From NCBI RefSeq assembly GCF_006345805.1, contig NC_043000.1, positions 79,422,001-79,486,000 of the forward strand: a stretch of DNA of 64,000 nucleotides. Direction: 5' to 3'. Positions within the stretch are counted from its first letter, which is position 1. Every line of letters begins with the position of its first letter. The position numbers were made by a program, and so were the translations under genes. The notes under the pieces were generated by a model, which was not told the DNA's origin, searched no databases, and saw nothing but the letters and a program-made list of their open reading frames with translations. This DNA comes from Octopus sinensis. Taxonomy: Eukaryota. Positions 52,046 to 64,000 of the stretch are shown one piece after another.

Positions 52046-52707
52046 TACAACTTCATGGGAGGGAAAGAATGTAAAACATTTATGATGATGATGATGGAAT
52101 AAGTAAAATTATTAAAAAAAACCCCACAAATCAGAAAAATTAATAATAAGCTATTTTAGTTTATATAATTTCATTTTGATTCCATTTCAAATTTCAATTC
52201 TAAATTACTTTTTTATATTGTTCGCCACTAGTATGGGGTAATAAAATTCACTCAAATTTTTATCAATTAAAAATTTCAATAAAGTACTCGAACAAGTATG
52301 CATACACAAACTACTTTAATTAAAATGCCTGTCTCTGGTTTCTGGACAACACTGATTAGGTACTTTCCTTAATAGAGTGTAAACATGGTGTAGAAATCTC
52401 AATCACTACCTTTACAGTTTTGGACATGAAAATATATTTACACTAAAATGCAATTCTATTAAATGTGCAACTATCTGATGACATCAGTTTCTCCAAACTA
52501 CAACACAGCCTTCTATAATTACATACAGGCAATTATTACATGTTATTGACCAATTTCCTGAGCATCTGGTAAAATAATTTGTTGCAAATAAATAGTAAGC
52601 AACTGAGATTAAATATCCTTTAGATTGTGATTCGCTTCCCTGAGTGAAAACTATTCTGTTTTAATTCCACAGTAAGTTCACAAAGAAGAATTCTGGTAAA
52701 GGTTTAA

Positions 52708-52926
52708 CCCTTTAGTAATTAAACTGGCCATATCCTGCCAAAATATTTAATCTGTTTTATGTTCAAACTGACCAGATCCAGGCTCTCACACCTACCCTAC
52801 AATGTTATTCTACATTAGGTAATTACACCATCAAGATCTTGAAGATATGAGATAATGCATGACTAATACAAATCAATGGGAATCAATAAGCATTATGTTT
52901 GATAGAATAATCTGAACACTAAAGGG
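52708..52926. mobile_element. piggyBac-type MITE, same family as 29522-29758
   Basis: TTAA-CCCTTTAG...CTAAAGGG-TTAA; internal sequence is a diverged reverse complement of the other copy. Confidence 0.85.
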
Positions 52927-53586
52927 TTAAACATTTGGAAACCATATAGCATTCAGAACTAACTTCACATATAACCCTGAATTCAATGTAAAAAGGAAAA
53001 AGCTAAACTGAAAAACAGGAAACACTGAGTTATTGAAATTATACCATTTCTATGGGAAGGAAAAGAGTGTTTTTTATTTAAAAATAAAGCAAATCTTTTG
53101 CCAGTGAATGAACTGTGTGTGCATACAAACACACGCGCGCACCACTGTAACAAATTTTGAGAAGTCTGCATACTGGTTTATACTCAACTTAATATAGATT
53201 TTATTGACCACTTGTTTGTGAACTCATGCATACAAACATAACACACACATATACTCTTCTCCTCCTCAGTCAGTAACCCTGTATGACCATGGCCATACAA
53301 AGATACTAGCTTCAAGGGTCAATCAAATCAACCCTAGTATCTATATCAGAGTCCGGTCCTTACTTAATTCTTATTTGCTGAACCAAGATATAAACCAATG
53401 GCATCAATTGCTAAGTAGTGTAAATGGAAACAAATTTTGCTTTGAGGTACTGAATCTCATGTAATATGAATCTCCAGTTGCGGGCATGTGTGTATGTGTG
53501 TGCATATATACACACATACTGTTTCATTTAAGTTTAACTATAAACAAAAACACTCAAATATTAATCACTCAATACATTAAAGTAGG

Positions 53587-53745
53587 TGCAAGGATGGCTG
53601 TGTGGTAAAAACATTGCTTCCGAACCACATAGCTTTGGATTCAATCCCACTGCATGGCACCAGGAGGGAGTGTCTTCTACTATAGCCACAGCCCAATCAT
53701 AGCCTTCCAAGTGGATTTGGTACATAAAATCTGAATCCCATCGTA
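53587..53745 (+). mobile_element. Diverged tRNA-derived SINE, 5' half
   Basis: GGATGGCTGTGTGGT...GGATTCAATCCCACTGCATGGCAC...GTGTCTTCTACTATAGCC. Confidence 0.75.
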
Positions 53746-53989
53746 CATATGTGAGTGTTTCAATGTCTTTTCATCTACCTTCTTGTACCCAATCCTGACA
53801 CTTCATCTCCACCAGCTTTTCACCTTTCCTGCAGAGGTAGACATGTATCTCCTCTACAGCAAGGCACCTTTCCCTGTCTTTCTATCAAAATTTAGCCTCT
53901 CAACACCCAGCACAAAGCCACCTCCTTCAGGACTATATACACACTCTTGTCTTAGTAGCTACTCGATCTCCTTAGTACTGGTACAAAAA

Positions 53990-54156
53990 GCATGCAGTAC
54001 ACTTTGTAAAGTAACTGGCATTAAGAAGGGCATCCAGCAGAGGAAACTATGCCAAAGCAGACACTGGAGTTCAACTAAGTTCTCTGGCTTATTAGATCCT
54101 GTTGAACCAGCCAATTCTTGCCAGCATGGAATATGGATGTTAAATGATGATGATGA
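53990..54156 (+). mobile_element. RTE 3' tail fragment
   Basis: AAGAAGGGCATCCAGC...GCCAGCATGGAATATGGATGTTAAATGATGATG. Confidence 0.75.
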
Positions 54157-54229
54157 TAATATACATCAAATGTACATACAGCAAAAATAACACCAGCACC
54201 ACCATCCTCACAATCACCACTACCCCAAC

Positions 54230-57200
54230 CAAAAACACCAATGCACTCACAAGTATACGTAGCCCCCAAAAGAAAGCTCACAGTCACCAATATAGAAACA
54301 CCCAATTACATGCGAGGAGAGCCAACAAAATTTGATGGCTCTCATAGCCACAAACAAGGAGATTGAGAGAGAGGGTGTAATTTACGACATCAGTACCTTC
54401 AGGGTTCTGAATTACTTAATGCTAATTTGGCCACCCCTCAAAGAGTACAAAGACATTCAGAGGGACTTCCCGCATGATGTGGGAAGGCCAAATGTCTGTA
54501 CCATGAAGAGGCTTTTAGCAGGTTTCTCAGAGCAACCACAAGATCCAGAGCCTGGGTCACTGGACTGCCAACAGCTCCAGGAAGGTAAGTAACCCTTCTT
54601 TTTTCTTTTCCTCAATCCTTTCAAGCTGTCCTGGCGATTGTCAGAGCTGGCTGCACAAATATTCATGGTCTGGAAGTGAGGTCACTTGCTGAATGACCTC
54701 AGGTTGCAAGGTTTGGATATGGTAAGAGCCAGTGAGACCAGGATTTCCGACACATACGATCTTGCACCCATTGTTGACAATTATGAGATCTACGCATCTC
54801 TTAGTCAGCTCAGAATAGTAGTGCTGTTTAGGAAAGACCTGGATCTTGAAATTTGGATGATCCTCCTGAACCTGGAGGGTAAATAGGTGGTTCTGTACAT
54901 GAACGACAGTGAAGGCAGTGCCTTTAGACTAGTCGCTGTTAACGTCCCCATGGGGGCGGGGCAGCCAGATTTCTTCAGATGTTTCGTGGTTTCCTTGGGA
55001 CATCATCATCATTTAACATCCGCTTTCCATGCTGATATGGGTTGGATGGTTTGACTGAGGAATGGTGAGCCAGAGGCTGCACCAATGTGATCTGGCAAAG
55101 TTTCTACAGCCCTTCCTAACGCTAACCAGTCCGAGAGTGTAGTAGGTGCTTTTAAATGCCACTGGCATGAGGGCCAGTCAGGTGGTTCTGGCAATGACCA
55201 CGCTCAAAAAGGTATCTTTACATGCTACCTGCACAGGAGCCAGTCTGGTGGCATTGGCAACGACCATACTCGAAAGTTGGTTTTCATATGCCACCAGCAC
55301 ATGTGCTGGTAAGGCGACACTTGTAACAATCATGCTCAAATGGTGCTTTTCAGGTATTTTTATGTGCTACCTGCATGGGAGCCAGTCCGGCGGCACTGGT
55401 AACGACCACGCTTGAATGTTGTTTTCCACGTGCCACTGGCCGTAAGGCAATGCTAGCAACAATCAGACTCGAATGGTGCTTTTCACGTGTCACCGGCACA
55501 GGAGCTAATCTGTGGCCCTGGCAACGATCACGCTCGTATGTGCTTTTAATGTTCCACTAGCACAAGTGCCAATCAGGCGGTACTGTAATCGGTCACGTCA
55601 GCGATTTTGATTTCACTTCCCTCAATAGGTCTTCACAAGAAAGGTTTGTTGTCCAATGAATGAAGGGTGTTCAGTGGGCTGGTTACACCCACTGGCATAG
55701 GCCATGCGCTATGGTCTCACTTGGCTTGTCGGGTCTTCTCAAGCACAGGTTATCTCCAAAGGTCTGAGTCACTTGTCATTGCATCAGTAAGGCCCAATAT
55801 TCGAAGGTAGTGATTCACTACCTCATCCCAAGTTTTCCTGGGTCTACCTCTTCCACAAGTTCCCTCAACTGCTAGGGTGTGACACTTTTTCACACAGTTG
55901 TCCTCATTAATTCACAACACATGACCATACCAGCACAGTCATCTCTCTTGCACACCACATTTGATGCTTCTTAAATCTAACTTTTCTCTAAAGGCACTTA
56001 CACTCTGTCGTGTATCCACACTGACATTACACATCCAGCAGAGAATACTGGCTTCATTCCTTGCAAGCTTACGCATGTCCTCAGCAGTCATGGCCATGTA
56101 ACATGGCTGTTCATACACATGCATCATACAGTCTACCTTTTATTCTGAGCGAGATGCCCTTTGTCACCAGCAGAGTTAGGAGCTCTCTGAACTTTGCCCA
56201 GGCTATTCTTATTCTAGCAGCCACACTTTCAGAGCATCCACTTTGTTACTGACTTGGTCCCCTAGGTAACAGACTGTTCTCTGCACATTTTCAGTGTTTA
56301 TAGCAACTGAGCATTTCCCACATACAAAAACTATCTTCCCAGTTAACCTTCCTTTGATATTGCAGCACCGCTTATGTGTCCATAGCTTACACTGGGTACA
56401 TCTTATGGAGTTTCTAGCTACACCTTTTCTACAGATCGAGTAGAGTCATCTACCTGAAAGGATTTATGGTTTGTCTGCCTTCCTACTCTTATTAAGACTT
56501 TGGTTTTAGCTAGGTTGACTCTAAGGCCCTTCAATTCAAATCCTTGCTTCCACACCTGAAACTTTTCCTCTAGTTCTGATAGTGACTCAGCAATTAGAGT
56601 AAGGTCATCAGCATAGAGGATCTCCCAGGGGCATCCTGACTTGAATTCCTCTGTTATTGTCTGGAGGACTATGATGAATGAGAGGGGGTTGAGGACTGAT
56701 CCTTGGTGGACCCCTGCCCGTACTCGAAATTTTTCACCGTACTTGTTGCCAACCCTCACCTTACTGACAGCATCCTTGTACGTGGCTTGCACAGTTCTCA
56801 CCAATCATTCATCTATCCCTAGTTTCCTCATTGATCACCAGTTAAGGGATCGGGGACACTGTCAAAAGCTTTCTCCATGTCAATGAAAGTCAGGTACAGA
56901 GGTTTATCTTTGGCTAGGCATTTCTCTTTAATGTTAGTGGGTGACTGGAACACCATCTTGCACACAAGCCTAGATAGGGTGGGACTAGCTGATAAGAGAG
57001 TGGGAGTAAAAGCTTCACAAACCTGCTCAGTTGCTTCCAGTTAGCTGATTTCTTGAATGTGCCAATGTGGACATAGGCGAATTGCATTGGGTTTTCCAGA
57101 TTGTGTCTAGAGTATTTTGTAGGCCTGTAGATAAAAGTAGTATAAGTTGTCCACATTTCAATGTTATCAGCTACATGGACCATAAATTTGTGATCTGTAT

Positions 57201-59567
57201 AGTCAACACAGATAGGATCCAGACAGGGAAGGGCCCCTGATACAGGAAGCTGAATGAGTCCTACCTGGTGCACAAGGCTTTCAGCGACTGGGTTAGCAAG
57301 TTAGTCCATCGGAAGTCGGCAGATGCAATCGTCAACAACAGATGGTGGATAGCCCTGAAAAGGGCCATTAGAGTATAGGCAGCAGGTTTTAGCAAGGAAA
57401 CAGTGTTAGAGGAATCTGGGATAGTGGTGGATTTCACCTATGTCAGTGTCATACCATGTCTCTCAGCCAGGGATGCAGAGTTCTGCAAAATGCCGATAAT
57501 AGCCGAAGATATATGGGGCATGATGATGAGTTGCGCAAGACAGAAGTCTCTGAGGCGGTATGGTTTGCCCTTCAAGCTTTATTTTCATATGCCAGACTTG
57601 TTTGGTGGTCTCTTGGCAGACGTATAACACAAATGGCAGCAGAACAGCAGAATACCCAATGCTGAGAGCCATGGAGTGGTGATGCTGTTGAGGAAGGGAA
57701 CAAAATTGATAATTTTTGGCCTATAACTCTGCAGTTGGTTTCGGTCCCATTTTCTGAGGTTGCAAGGTACAATAGCATCTGTTCAGTGGTTAAAGTAAAT
57801 GGCCACCAATTGGAATTGATTAGCATCGCTTGTGCAGTCCATCAAAGATTCCCACTCTCACCTCTCCTGGATGTACTGGCTCTTAAGCCATTGCTGCAGA
57901 AGCTGAATGTTTTGATGGGCATCCCACATGATCTAGGATGCGGTAGTTTCGTGTTGGCTTACGTGGACTACATTACTGTAATAGTGTTGGACATCTTGGA
58001 AATCAAGGTGGTTGGTACTGCTGTTAGGGAATATGAAGTGGTAACGGGAGAAAAAAATCAACCAGGAAAAAGTTGGGTGGCCTGCAGCTTGGCACCTGGA
58101 GAGGCAGGTCCATGTTAACCAACTTCGTTGTAGGGCGCTGGATGGAAGGACCAGTTAAACTGCTTGGGATCTGGTTTGGTCCAGACATCCAGGTGGACAA
58201 GAACTGGGGGGAGGTGGTGAACAGGGTAACCAATCTCACCCAGAAATGGATAGAGAGGAAGCAGTCCCTGAAGGGTTGGGCAGAGGTGGTAAATGTGTTC
58301 ATCACTTCCATCATCTATTACTGCCTGACCATTGTCCCTTGCCCCTGATAAAGTTGGAGCACTTCGTACCTGATAAAGTTGGAGCACTTCGTATCTGATA
58401 AAGTTGGAGCACTTGCTCTTCCACTTTCTATGGAAGAGGCATGTTCTCCTTGTCAGACGGTCCATCTGCTGTCAACATACACTGAGTGGAGGACTGGGGA
58501 TGCCATAGCTAATGATGTGCAGACATGTGCTGAGGTAGTGACATCTCCAGCATTTCCTTAATGGTGAGCAGGTGTGGTTGCCTTTTGTCAAATGGGACTT
58601 TTTGCAGCTCGACTTATTGATAGAACTACAGTTCTAGGTCAAGTGTAGACCAAGAAAGGGTACTTTGCACTTGGAGTGTCGGCAAGCACTCATAGCTTTC
58701 TACCAGTCTATGCAGTTGGTCGAAGTTCCACTATGGAATTCTATAGGAGATTAGTGAAGGGAACGAATGACAACAATACTTGGGCAAACTCTGGGTGTCA
58801 GGAGGGATCAACTAATAGGCTTTTTGGGAGGACTTTTGGGCCAGGGCCTATGGATAACTTCCAGAAATCCCTGGCCTGACAGTGCTACTGGGGAGCTCTG
58901 CTGGTCTGAGACATGCTCTACAGACACGAAAGTGCTGTCAGATGGACCTGTCTAAGGTGTATGCAGGGTGACGAAACTGTCCTGCATGCACTCATCCAGT
59001 GTCCGTGCATTACTGACTTGTGGAGTTTTGTCAAATAACTGTCGTCATGTGTAGGACAGATCCAGTTATCAGCCGAGTCCACTGTGAGGATCGCCCTGCC
59101 AGGAGGGAAAGGCAGTTTTCATCTGCCTGGTGGCTATAGTGAAAGAGGTAGTGTGGTGGACAAGGTTGAAAGGACTGAAGAAAAACACTTTCCTCTTCGT
59201 CTGAGTCCTCATTGACTTTTCAAGTTCCACTTGAAAAGTGAAGGTAGAGAGGGAAGTACTGCGCCCCAGTAATTTTGGTAAAAAGTGAGAGACTGTTGTG
59301 AAAATGGCTCAAGTGAATGGGTCTACTCTGAATATTTGTCTGTAAACCGAAGCATTTGAGGGGAAGAGAGGTGCCTATCCGGTGAGCCCTTGGCAGTTGG
59401 GGTGACCTGGTTGGCCCACCCCTGTTGGGGAATTTTGTTGTTAGATTTTTGTTAACTGTTTGTATTTTATTGTTTACATGTTTTCTGTTTTAAACCCCAC
59501 TTGTCCTTTGTTTTGTTTTTTCCCAATATGTTTTTGTGTTTGGCCTTTGTGGCCAATAACAAAAGGA
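54230..59567 (+). mobile_element. L1/Tx1-clade LINE, 5'-truncated ORF2 pseudogene, (ATT)n 3' end, interrupted by an RTE
   Basis: APE (GHLLNDLR..ASETRI; LVGDWN), RT (FPLSPLLDVLAL, AYVDYITV, GPVKLLGIWFGP), C-terminal CLRCMQGDETVLHALIQC; tail at about 59568-59600. Confidence 0.88.
55001..56923 (-). mobile_element. RTE LINE, 5'-truncated, nested in Tx1
   Basis: GVHQGSVLNPLSFIIV, ILYADD, PHD-like SICRKG..NSIRCTQCKLWTHKRC..FVCGKC; about 7-unit 3'UTR array 55145-55600; (ATC)n at 55001. Confidence 0.92.
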
Positions 59568-59929
59568 TTATTATTATTATTACTACTATTATTATTATTC
59601 AATGAAACTTTAGTGGAATCAGTATGCTATAGAAAGGAGAGAAAGTTAACAATACCGCGACTAAAGAAAAGTGGTCTGAGAAGGGTAACTTGTGGAAACT
59701 AACCAATTCTGCAGGAAAAGGAAATTCTGAGAGAATATAAAACAAAATTAAGGAATACTCATATCATAGTCAGACCCATCTTAAAATATGAGGTGAGAGA
59801 AATTACTATTGTCAGAAAATTAAGTTAAAATGTCTTATGAAATTTAAATAAAGAACCCAATCTCCCCACTATATATGTATGTATTACAATTGAAGACTTA
59901 TTTCAACCATCATTTAGCGGGCACAATTT

Positions 59930-60400
59930 TTTATTCCTAGAATATGCAGGAATAAAAAATTGTGCTCGCTAAATGGAGCTTGCATGTCCGAGACCATCAT
60001 CTATGAAGCTACCGTGGACTCTATAACCACTAAAGACACCATTTCGCCGAAGAAATACGTGGGCCTTACAGAGGGTAATTTCAAGGCCAGGTTCAATAAC
60101 CACACCTTGAGTTTTAGGCACTGGAACAAAAGAAAAGCGACAAAATTATCCAATCATATTTGGTCATTAAAAGATAAAGGTGTCAATTACAACATCCATT
60201 GGAAGATTTTGGCCAAATGTAAACCCTACACCAACGGCAGCAGAAAGTGCAGTCTATGCGACATGGAGAGATGGCTTATCTGGAAAAGCAGCTTAGACCC
60301 TACTACATGTCTAAACTCAAGGACAGAAATTTTTGGATCATGCCCACATGTGACAACATTTTTGTTATGTTTTTGGTCCCCCCAAGAATACAGACAGAAC
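59930..60400 (+). mobile_element. Penelope-like GIY-YIG endonuclease fragment
   Basis: CSLNGAC...IIYEATV...YVGLTEGNFKARFNNHTLSF...TKLSNHIW...WKIL...KCSLCDMER...LNSRTEIFGSCPH. Confidence 0.93.
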
Positions 60401-60621
60401 TTGCTTTCTATATTATGTCCCAAAAAGTTTTTTTATCTCATTATACCTTTTATTTTTTCCTATATTTTTATATTTTCACACATAATAATTTTTTCTGTAC
60501 TCTTCCATCCTGCATTTTTCCGTGCCTATATAGATGTGTATATAGATTCATTTGTACACGTGTGTGAATATGTATGAGTGGGCGGGTGTGTATGTATATA
60601 GATGTGTGCGGGCATAAGAAT

Positions 60622-60671
<50 letters not shown>

Positions 60672-61202
60672 GTTTTTACTTAGTATTTTTACAATTTTTT
60701 CGGGGTTTTTGGGGACGTATGTATAATCCTCTTTTTTGTGTATGCATGTGTGTGTATGCATATATAAACATGTGCAGGTATGTACATATATGGGCGTGTG
60801 TGTGCATGCATGCATAAGGGCATGTCCGTATATGAATGTTGTTTTTACGCTTTGTATACTTCCTTATGTTTTTTTCTGTATTGTTACCTTTAACAATGTT
60901 TTTTCTTGTGCTTGTGCGTATATAGACATATGTATGAACTTTTACGGTACGCGTGTGTGTGTATGAGTTTGTATATATATATATGCGTATACATTTGGCG
61001 AAAAATGCAAGTGAAGATGTGTACGTTTTCATAGTGACATAAGTACGCACGTGGGTGCGCGAGTGCACATGTGAGCTTATGAGTAGCCATGCTTACGTGT
61101 TTACTATGAATTTTTAATTTTAATTTATATAAGTAGCGGAATTATAACACAGTAATTTCCCTTTATATAACGGTATTTTTTCATAGCGTTTTTCAGATGG
61201 CC

Positions 61203-61265
61203 AGATAACCGAAGAGATGGTGCTGTGGATTTACACTTCGGCATCCGAAACTCAGAGTTTTATCT
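61203..61265 (+). ncRNA. Type I hammerhead ribozyme motif (U4C variant) downstream of the Penelope endonuclease
   Basis: AGATAA-CCGAAGA-GATG...CATC-C-GAAAC-TCAGA-GTT-TTATCT; stem I 6 bp, stem III ACT/AGT. Confidence 0.7.
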
Positions 61266-62319
61266 TGGGTATTGAATAATTGTCACATATTAATTTACAG
61301 ATAAATTTCCTCTATTTACATAATATTGAGGTCGCTTTCTTTCTTTTGTTACTTTACCGTTTTTACCAATATATATTGGTGACAGAAACTGTATTAGTAC
61401 TGAAAATCAATCTGTATATCTTACTTAATGAGGATATACTGTAAGAATGGTATAATACCATGCTATTTGTATTGAGAAAACATCTTACATTGACACACTA
61501 CTAAAAAGCACAGAAATAATATCAGATCAAAAATGAATGAAAGAGGACACCTGCTGCAGATGATGCAAGAACATGCAGAAGTTAAGTGTTCTAGTAATTC
61601 TACCACTGGTACTGGACATTTTTTATCCACTACTGATACTTCTGTGCTTTCTCAGGACAAATACCACAGTGTTATGCCATTCTTACAGTTCTCAGAGTAT
61701 ATCCACAATAAATGGTGTGTGTGTGTGTATATATAAAATAATACACTTCATCTATAAGGATTCATTAAGAATTGAGTCATATCAACAAATAAGATATGTC
61801 AGAATATAGTAAAATATAATTACATAAAGCTGACACAAACTGGAATATGTGGCTAAGTCCCTGGTTTATCATCTAAATTAAAGTATGCCTGATGATGGTG
61901 GTATTATATAATATGTAATATTTTATGTCTATATTGAATATAGTTCTATAGAAGTTGCTGTTGCAAATTTAAATGCCATTTGTATGTTACTATTACACAC
62001 ACACATGCACAGTTGTAAGTATATATGCAAGTGTGAATATGTGTATGTTTGTGACTCCTTGTAAATATAAATAGGTCACATTCTTTTCACACTTATCTAA
62101 CCACCCAGTTTCTGTTCCTCAGTCTTCATTCTTTCCCTTATCTTCACCATGGAGGTATGCTCACACCATCTCTCCCACCCTTTCCATCAGTGGAATCCAT
62201 ATATTCACCTTTTTAACATGACACCTGTTCTTATCCTTCTATCATACTTCCAAATCTTTCAATACTATACCCTATTCAGTTGAAGGATCTTGTCTTGTTA
62301 AAACTTGGTGACCTCATAG

Positions 62320-62500
62320 TGCTGCACAGAAAAATGCACCTAGTTCACCTTGTAAAGTGGCTGGCATTAGAAAAGAAATTCAGCTGCAGAAACCATGCCA
62401 AAGTAAAGATTAGAGCTTGGTGCATCCCTCTGGCTTGTCAGTTCCTGTCGAACTGCCTGACCCATACCAGTATGGGAAAAGGGACATTAAATGATGATGC
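62320..62500 (+). mobile_element. Diverged RTE 3' tail
   Basis: GTAAAGTGGCTGGCATTAGAAAAG...CAGCTGCAGAAACCATGCC...GGACATTAAATGATGATG. Confidence 0.65.
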
Positions 62501-63194
62501 AAACACACATATCATGGACTTTTCTGTTGTAGATGCAATTTCTTATATAACAACCTGCACAAATGATGTCAATAGTGATCTAATGTTAGGGTGGTACATT
62601 AGCTTACTCCCTCCATCCAATAACATTGCCTGTACAGATGTTGAAGTGATTACAGAGCAATGTGCGATAAAGTGTTTTGTTCAAGAACACAATGTACTGC
62701 CCAGTCCAGGAATCAAAACTACTAAGTTACATGCTTTTACACACCCATGTTTCTGAGAATGTGTATGTATTTACTTTTTGGTTAGGCAAACAGGAAAATA
62801 GAACAACACATGAGTATATATAAATTCTTTACAATTGATCATCTTACTAGGTCTCTATCTTCTACAGGTTCAATACACACACATGCACACGTGTGCATAT
62901 GTGTGTATGCTTGCCTTTATCATTTGCATGCTGATCATAATCAATCACCATACACACAGTGTCAGATGTTTATATTTTTCTGTGAAAAATAATGCCTAGC
63001 TCTTGAGTTGGTCATTGAGGGATAAGTAAATATACTTGCATGGAAACAAGTGAGAGTTAACAAGAAGAATTTCATCAGGCCTTAGAATACTTGCCAAAGA
63101 ATTTTGTCAGACATGTGCAAACATGGAAAAGTATACAATGAAATGATGATGGTGATGATTATATGTGTACCTGTGAGTGTAGTGTGTGTGAGTA

Positions 63195-63320
63195 TATCAT
63201 CATCATTTAATGTCCCTTTCTCCATGCTTGCACGGGTCAGATGGAATTTTTGAGGCAGATTTTTTACAGCTGGATGCCATTCCTGTCACCAACTCCCATC
63301 TGTTTTTAATCAAAGTAATA
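63195..63320 (-). mobile_element. Diverged RTE-type 3' tail
   Basis: (ATC)n-TTTAATGTCC...CCATGCTTGCACGGG...CAGCTGGATGCC. Confidence 0.65.
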
Positions 63321-63429
63321 TTCCCCCATGGAAAAGAACACTCTTGCTTGTATGATGATGATGCTCATTTACAACTATCACATGATATCTGATTAAAGGT
63401 GCGCACGCACGCACACACACACACACAAC

Positions 63430-63580
63430 AGGCTTCTTTTAGTTTCTGGCTACCAAATCCACTCATGAGGACTTGGCTAACCCAGAGCTATAACAGAACA
63501 GAAGGTACTTGCCCAAGGTTCTGTGCAATGGGACTGAACCCAAGACCACATGTTGGAAAGCAATGTTTTTATATGCAGCA
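63430..63580 (-). mobile_element. Diverged tRNA-derived SINE, 5' half
   Basis: CTACCAAATCCACTCA...GCTATA...CTTGCCCAAGG...GGGACTGAACCC on +. Confidence 0.72.
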
Positions 63581-64000
63581 AAAGGTGGGTGTGGGTATGT
63601 GCACACACAAATAAATGATAGAAAAATAGACAATACATATAGTAGAGTATCAATTTGAAATTGATACTTTGCTATTCAAACTATTTTGAATACATTCACC
63701 TAATTAAATTTGTGTATGAGTGTGTGTGTATAATATGCAGAGATGCCATTCAATTAACAGGCAATTTTTTCAATTACCAAAAAAGTAACTCACATCAGCC
63801 ATTGATATCAATACATACATAACAAAAACACATCTGGAAAACAATGTACATTACTTCTCTTTAGATCTTCCAAGAGAGGGAGACCATTGCCAGTCACACT
63901 AACACTGATAAATACCAAATCAAGGTCAGTGAAAAATTAAAACCAACTGAATAGTAGTAAGATTAGGACTACCTTGCATTTCAAAGTTGACAACTCAATA

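Noticed and set aside
55145-55600. Repeat array superficially like a CRISPR array
   Set aside because: Units are homologous along their whole length with no unique spacers, lie in a eukaryotic LINE 3'UTR, and there are no cas genes

Overview
AT-rich animal genomic DNA with dense (TA)n/(CA)n microsatellites and one 100-N gap (15929-16028). The repeat content (tRNA-derived SINE, (GAT)n-tailed RTE LINEs) suggests a coleoid cephalopod, probably Octopus; this is an inference. No host protein-coding gene could be recognised, only a few unvalidated exon-like segments. The window is a nested set of decayed transposable elements. DNA transposons: two Tc1, one mariner, one pogo/Tigger, one internally deleted piggyBac, two piggyBac-type MITEs and one hAT MITE. 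Non-LTR elements: RTE (with a PHD-type finger after the RT core), CR1, L1/Tx1, R4/Dong and HERO LINE fragments, several Penelope-like (GIY-YIG) elements and many SINEs. Most listed ORFs are microsatellite or antisense artefacts. The main leads are: (i) a pseudoknotted hammerhead-like motif in a HERO 3'UTR; (ii) a Tx1 family whose intact ends all abut (ATT)n, sharing one tract head-to-head with an R4/Dong element; (iii) a 365-bp retrozyme-like repeat whose hammerhead has the compensatory U3-A8 core, next to a GIY-YIG fragment enclosed by 140-bp inverted repeats; (iv) several other minimal hammerheads; (v) a SINE/CR1 shared 3' stem-loop; (vi) a variable double-hairpin array in RTE 3'UTRs. All alignments and folds were done by eye.
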